IMG/VR virus record: IMGVR_UViG_3300045988_120652
From: a virus
Length of the DNA stretch: 64,000 bases
Strand: one strand, 5' to 3'
The notes under the pieces were generated by a model. That model saw only the letters and a list, made by a program, of their open reading frames with translations, searched no databases and was not told where the DNA came from. The position numbers and the translations under genes were made by a program. Shown one piece after another: positions 60,588 to 64,000 of the stretch (the stretch's first letter is position 1; each line of letters starts with the position of its first letter).

Positions 60588-61026
60588 AATAGGCGACATT
60601 GTGCAGATAAACAAAGACTGCATGTTTCCGAAAGACACGTTGTGCATCGTTACCGAAATCCATCCCGACCGACAGTATGAAGACAAGAAGGGAGTTGTCA
60701 GTCTGAAGGCTGTCAACGACGACGATGACGGACCATGGGGGGCTTGGTGCTGTAATATTGAAGGCGTGCCCGTCACGCCCGAAATACTTCGCAATAATGA
60801 CTTTAAGGAAGAGGTCGAGGGCAAGTACTTCACAAGACCAATTAAAGCCAGATTTGGCAGTTCCCTTGCCAGATATTTGGTTGTAGAACGGAAAAAATAC
60901 GCTTGGGCAATATTCATAAAGTATTACAACGTGACAGGCTTTGCACTCTTATGTCATATAAAGTACGTTCACGAACTACAGCTCGTCCTCAAGATAATGA
61001 AATTTAGTCCGGAAATTAAAGTATAG
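60565..61026 (+). CDS. hypothetical protein (153 aa)
   Basis: Start set at MIYAEDLRIGD, overlapping the previous gene by 23 nt. Confidence 0.5.
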   Translation: MIYAEDLRIGDIVQINKDCMFPKDTLCIVTEIHPDRQYEDKKGVVSLKAVNDDDDGPWGAWCCNIEGVPVTPEILRNNDFKEEVEGKYFTRPIKARFGSSLARYLVVERKKYAWAIFIKYYNVTGFALLCHIKYVHELQLVLKIMKFSPEIKV

Positions 61027-61030
61027 CTCT

Positions 61031-61137
61031 ATGAAAGCAAAAAACAAGGTGCTGCTTGACAGAAACGAGAGTTCTCGCCCGCCCTTCTAGCCACCGACTA
61101 CAAATGCCTACACTGTATAATGATTGAATATGATTAA
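61031..61137 (+). other. degenerate TRD-like module 1 (frame-broken)
   Basis: ATG 61031 gives MKAKNKVLLDRNESSRPPF then a stop. The -1 frame reads EFSPALLATDYKCLHCIMIEYD then a stop. About 90% DNA identity to 62428-62495. Confidence 0.4.
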
Positions 61138-61264
61138 GCAGCATCCATTCGACGATTTTCATCAGCGCATCTATTGGAGCGGAACCTGTATAGGAACCGT
61201 AACTCAACAATGGGGTAATCCTGCGCCTCGTCACGGATGGAGATTAATGATTGAATATGACTGA
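61130..61264 (+). CDS. TRD-like mini-cistron 2 (44 aa)
   Basis: MIKQHPFDDFHQRIYWSGTCIGTVTQQWGNPAPRHGWRLMIEYD. The ATG overlaps the previous stop and the ORF ends in the conserved junction. Confidence 0.4.
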   Translation: MIKQHPFDDFHQRIYWSGTCIGTVTQQWGNPAPRHGWRLMIEYD

Positions 61265-61574
61265 CCCTCACTACAAACGCGGCACCATCCGCAAGGATGG
61301 CAAGCTGTATGGCCGCTATCCCGACGGATCGCTCTACCGCATCTACTCCTCCACCGACCTACCTTTCCTACAGTTGGTGGACCGAGCGGGCGAGACGTTC
61401 CTACGCATACGCCAAGCCACCGAGCTGGGCTACACCGACTGTCCCTGCCCTGGAGCCGCCGACCTAAGTTATCCGTCCTCGGCTCTGAGGCGTAGTCGCA
61501 CAGTCGGGAGGGGTAAGCTCGTAAACGCTCTGACCGCTGCAAGTGGCGGAATTTGCGTGTTTGTTGAATTATAA
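61257..61574 (+). CDS. TRD-like cistron 3 (105 aa)
   Basis: ..RIRQATELGYTDCPCPGAADLSYPSSALRRSRTVGRGKLVNALTAASGG.. resembles the post-motif-VIII region of C5-MTases (..AT..GY...GD...L..P.S..RRGRV....TLT). Confidence 0.45.
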   Translation: MTDPHYKRGTIRKDGKLYGRYPDGSLYRIYSSTDLPFLQLVDRAGETFLRIRQATELGYTDCPCPGAADLSYPSSALRRSRTVGRGKLVNALTAASGGICVFVEL

Positions 61575-61589
61575 AAGGAGAAATAAATT

Positions 61590-61961
61590 ATGATTATAAC
61601 GAATGATTGGCGGCTCTGGCTCGCATCAATGTTGTTTACGTTTGTCGTAACAATTTTGTTTATGGCTTACATTTGGTGGACAGAGCGAAAGCTAAAGAAA
61701 GAGATAAAAAATGATAGAGAAATAGACTATCAGAATTGTGATGGGTATTTCTTGTGTGTGTTTACCAAAGGTGGTGGATGCGATTTGCACAGAGCCTCGG
61801 ATGTCAAGCAGGTTGTTTCGTCTGTAAATAAAGATTACATCAACGTAATAATGACAGATGGTGAAGTAACGCATTATGAAGATGTCGTATCGTATGAGTT
61901 CAAACACGTTTTAGATTTGTCCTTGTATAATTTGAATACAGTAAAAAGAGTAGCTGAATAG
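61590..61961 (+). CDS. hypothetical membrane protein (123 aa), AT-rich insert
   Basis: N-terminal TM helix (WLASMLFTFVVTILFMAYIWW). Composition is visibly more AT-rich than the flanks. Confidence 0.5.
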   Translation: MIITNDWRLWLASMLFTFVVTILFMAYIWWTERKLKKEIKNDREIDYQNCDGYFLCVFTKGGGCDLHRASDVKQVVSSVNKDYINVIMTDGEVTHYEDVVSYEFKHVLDLSLYNLNTVKRVAE

Positions 61962-61990
61962 GCTTGTAGAACATTTAACTAATAAAATTT

Positions 61991-62362
61991 ATGAAAAGAG
62001 AAAAACGACTGCCCGATGTGCTGTTAATGTCGGCTAAAGCATCCACCTTAATGTCAAACTCAACCAAGGACGCTTGCATCTGCGTCGAGTCTGACGAACA
62101 AAGTGTAAGTTTTAAGGACGAACCGTCGGAAGGTGTAACGATGGATATTACAGCCGAGTATCGCAACATCGTTCAGTTGTGGCACCCTGCCACAGAAAAG
62201 CCTCATTGCATAGGTCAACTTCTCTGTTGGTGTTACGACAGAACATTCTTCGTACACAACCATTACAGCCATGACGATGAAAATTGGCATTTATTCATCA
62301 GCACTAACAACATAAAGCGTTATTGCTATATTTCCAATTTGGAACCCGAATGGTTTATTTGA
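61991..62362 (+). CDS. hypothetical protein (123 aa), AT-rich insert
   Basis: ATG ORF. No motif recognised. Confidence 0.5.
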   Translation: MKREKRLPDVLLMSAKASTLMSNSTKDACICVESDEQSVSFKDEPSEGVTMDITAEYRNIVQLWHPATEKPHCIGQLLCWCYDRTFFVHNHYSHDDENWHLFISTNNIKRYCYISNLEPEWFI

Positions 62363-62363
62363 G

Positions 62364-62495
62364 ATGACTGACATTAAGATATCCGTGCATCCCGTTAGCC
62401 ATCGGCTCGAATGGCGAGGATGGGGTGATTTCTCGCCCTCCCTTCGAGCCACCGACTACAAATGCCCACACTGTATAATGATTGAATATGACTAA
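62364..62495 (+). CDS. TRD-like mini-cistron 4 (43 aa)
   Basis: MTDIKISVHPVSHRLEWRGWGDFSPSLRATDYKCPHCIMIEYD. Confidence 0.4.
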   Translation: MTDIKISVHPVSHRLEWRGWGDFSPSLRATDYKCPHCIMIEYD

Positions 62496-62616
62496 TCTTG
62501 ACTTCTACCAATATCCTCGTGGCAAAAACGGGGGGGTACTAAACACTATGATTTGTCCGACCGTTACTATATCTTCATGGCAGCACAACTATTTTCTGAT
62601 TGAAGAATATGATTGA
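62488..62616 (+). CDS. TRD-like mini-cistron 5 (42 aa)
   Basis: MTNLDFYQYPRGKNGGVLNTMICPTVTISSWQHNYFLIEEYD. Confidence 0.4.
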   Translation: MTNLDFYQYPRGKNGGVLNTMICPTVTISSWQHNYFLIEEYD

Positions 62617-62749
62617 CATCCAACCCTTAAATGTCTGTATGGGAGGAATAGCAGTAACACTGAATACACGATACGAGCGACTTTGCATTGAGCATTTGAT
62701 GTCACTTGCCCACTTTCCGAGGACAGGCGTAATGATAGAATACGAATAA
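62609..62749 (+). CDS. TRD-like mini-cistron 6 (46 aa)
   Basis: MIDIQPLNVCMGGIAVTLNTRYERLCIEHLMSLAHFPRTGVMIEYE. Confidence 0.4.
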   Translation: MIDIQPLNVCMGGIAVTLNTRYERLCIEHLMSLAHFPRTGVMIEYE

Positions 62750-62759
62750 CAGTAACTAT

Positions 62760-63197
62760 ATGATCACAAAACTCAATTTCACCGACCGCACCATCAAGAG
62801 CTATGCCATCCGCAAGCTCACGCCCAAGGAGTGTTTCCGCTTGATGGGCGTTCGCGACAACGTAATCGGCACGATGCAGAGCAGCAATGCCCAGGCAGCC
62901 GAACGTCTGCCCGACTGGAAGGGCAAGGGTAAACCCGAAGACATGGCTATATCTGCATCACAGCAGTACAAGCAAGCTGGAAACAGCATCGTGGTGGACG
63001 TGTTGGCCCACATCTACGAGCAGCTTTTCTACCCCGCCCCGCCCAAGCCTCGCCCTGGCGAACAGCTCACGCTCTTCGACGACCTCGAAGACTCGCTGCC
63101 CGCTTTGCCGCCCCCCCCGCAGCCGACAAGAACGAGGAGAAGATATTCCTCACCACGTTCTCCGGCTACGACTCTCAGCTCATGGCAGCCGACGTGA
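62760..63197 (+). CDS. C5-cytosine methyltransferase C-terminal segment (motifs IX-X) plus Pro-rich linker; frame ends after a C8 tract
   Basis: IRKLTPKECFRLMGV (motif IX) and QYKQAGNSIVVDVL (motif X). After CCCCCCCC (63111-63118) the frame reads a low-complexity tail to TGA 63195-63197. Confidence 0.65.
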   Translation: MITKLNFTDRTIKSYAIRKLTPKECFRLMGVRDNVIGTMQSSNAQAAERLPDWKGKGKPEDMAISASQQYKQAGNSIVVDVLAHIYEQLFYPAPPKPRPGEQLTLFDDLEDSLPALPPPPQPTRTRRRYSSPRSPATTLSSWQPT

Positions 63198-64000
63198 TAC
63201 GCGAGTGGCATCCCGACTTCCGATGGACGTGCAAGGGATGGAGCGACATCGACAAATACGCCTGTCAGATGCACAACCTCGTCTTCCCTCAGTTTGCCGA
63301 CTGCGCCCTGGGCGACATCACCAAGATTGACTGGCACGAGGTGAAACGCTCGCTCAAAGGCCGCGAGGTTGACCTCTTCACCTATTCCTCGCCCTGCCAG
63401 GACATCAGTCAGGCTGGCAAGCAGATGGGTTTGCAGGAGGGCAGCGATACCCGAAGCGCACTGCTTTGGCGTGTGGCGGATGCCGTGGAGGTGCTTCGCC
63501 CGAAGTATCTCTTGCAGGAGAACGTGGCGGCACTGGTAAGCCAGAAGTTCATGCCCGACTTTCAGAAGTGGCTCGACAAACTCTCCTCGCTCGGCTATGT
63601 CTCTCGCTGGGCTCGTCTTAACGCCAAGAACTACGGTGTGCCGCAGAACCGCGACCGTGTGTTCTGCCTCTCCATGCGCCGTGACGTGGCCTTCGACTAT
63701 CAGTTTCCCGAACCCTTCGAGCTGCTTATCCGACTGGAGGATGTGCTCGAAGAGGAAGTGTCCGACCGCTATTTCCTCAAGGATGATGCCGTGAGCAAGT
63801 TCCTCAAGGCAAACGACTCTGACAATGCCTTATTCCTTCAATTCGACCTGCCACCGACACATGAGGCGGCAATGTTCCTCAAGACATGGCTCACGCTGCG
63901 CATGAACACTTTCAACGGATGGGAGAGGGATTTGGACGAACTGCGCGATTGCATCGAGAACGAGCGAGATGTATTAAACAGCGATTTTGCAAGTTTCAGC
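63119..64000 (+). CDS. C5-cytosine methyltransferase N-terminal catalytic region (motifs I-VIII), no own start codon, runs off the window
   Basis: KIFLTTFSGYDSQ (motif I), YSSPCQDISQAGK (IV), LLQENV (VI) and YGVPQNRDRVF (VIII). The frame is open from the C8 tract to 64000. The first in-frame ATG (63182) lies after motif I. Confidence 0.8.

Noticed and set aside
62887-63330. 147-aa ORF in the third frame across the C5-MTase junction
   Set aside because: Its product is Arg/Ser/Pro-rich with no motifs. It overlaps two frames that carry unmistakable methyltransferase motifs.
1-64000. tRNA, rRNA or tmRNA genes, integrase/att sites, transposases, reverse transcriptase (DGR or retron)
   Set aside because: I found no cloverleaf-like sequence with a T-arm GTTCRANYC-type motif, no recombinase or reverse-transcriptase motifs in any ORF, and no long terminal inverted repeats bounding a transposase-sized ORF. 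This was a by-eye scan only, so small RNAs could have been missed.

Overview
This 64-kb window is part of a tailed-phage genome that also carries a plasmid-type maintenance module. A Bacteroidota host is inferred from three things: many TAnnTTTG (-7 type) promoter boxes, no Shine-Dalgarno sequences, and CA/A-rich leaders. Layout by region: (1) 0.2-5.7 kb holds small, mostly acidic early-type genes, a tandem ribbon-helix-helix (RHH) protein and a truncated LigA-like ligase with a C-terminal membrane anchor. (2) 5.8-9.4 kb holds centromere-like repeats, ParA, a ParG-like RHH protein, a 4+4 iteron origin and a Rep_3-like initiator. (3) 11-21.6 kb holds an HTH repressor-like gene, a DEDD exonuclease, a 1221-aa primase-helicase, an SSB-like protein and a DnaN clamp. 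(4) 26.6-35.8 kb on the minus strand holds TerL, three N6/N4 DNA methyltransferases and a PAPS-reductase-like protein. An AT-rich plus-strand island (structured RNA plus a five-zinc-ribbon nuclease) splits this block. (5) 36-44 kb holds a holin and a 2067-aa tape measure protein, followed by an 880-bp non-coding gap. (6) 45-48 kb holds a VirE_N-type primase-like protein, guanylate kinase, a ThyX-like protein and MazG. (7) 50.6-54.5 kb holds an S49 protease/scaffold fusion, a capsid candidate and a gene with a textbook -1 frameshift signal. (8) These are followed by a LysR moron, a Cys-rich membrane/secreted cluster and YopX. (9) 61-64 kb is an unusual cytosine-C5 methyltransferase locus. It contains an array of stop/start-separated mini-cistrons that resemble target-recognition domains (TRDs), then motifs IX-X, a poly-C tract and motifs I-VIII. 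I recognised no rRNA, tRNA, CRISPR array, integrase or transposase. About half of the ORFs have no function I can assign from sequence. All family assignments rest on motifs read by eye, not on searches.
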